The notes under the pieces: generated by a model
Told to the model about the DNA's origin: nothing
Databases searched by the model: none
The model's input: only the letters and a program-made list of their open reading frames with translations
Part shown: in pieces, positions 63,929 to 64,000 of the stretch
Layout: each line of letters starts with the position of its first letter
How positions within the stretch are numbered: position 1 is the first letter of the stretch
Assembly: GCA_965645245.1 (NCBI GenBank)
Contig: OZ287072.1
Location: forward strand, 1,612,001 to 1,676,000
DNA length: 64,000 nucleotides
Direction: 5' to 3'
Source: Massalongia carnosa
Taxonomy: Eukaryota
Translations under genes and position numbers: made by a program

Positions 63929-64000
63929 GTATGTTTTTCTTTTGTTTAATTGAATCACAATCTTCTGTTTTGCTTCAGCAACTTTTCGTGAACAATTTTT

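Overview
Gene-dense, intron-rich DNA from a filamentous ascomycete (Pezizomycotina; finer taxonomy cannot be fixed from this window). It holds about 22 mostly conserved housekeeping genes: PEP4, RPT3, SWI1, IMG2, eIF3e, an MFS monocarboxylate transporter, a KIF22-like kinesin, AIM24, ATM1, SMC6, cystathionine gamma-synthase, UTP22, POM152, a UCH37-like deubiquitinase, an FBXO21-like protein, an SPX-RING ligase, JJJ1, SQS1, ATG4, H2B/H2A, one hypothetical protein and a 74-aa two-exon gene missed by the ORF track. Two Tc1/mariner-superfamily transposon insertions interrupt them. The most unusual structure is the 6.6-kb stack at 27097-33742, which collapses to a single TA just upstream of SMC6. 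In it, an intact Fot1/pogo element has inserted, inverted, into a TA inside the terminal repeat of a sister copy. This makes a ~1.9-kb-arm palindrome and a 3x41-bp tandem array of terminal modules, best explained by repeated self-targeting. Other points of interest are apparent non-canonical splice sites (a 6-nt microexon plus GA-AG intron in RPT3, a TG acceptor in UCH37, GC-AG in ATG4), stacked TA-N5-TA footprint-like motifs, and local GC-rich patches. Exon boundaries and alignments were read by eye; no searches were run.
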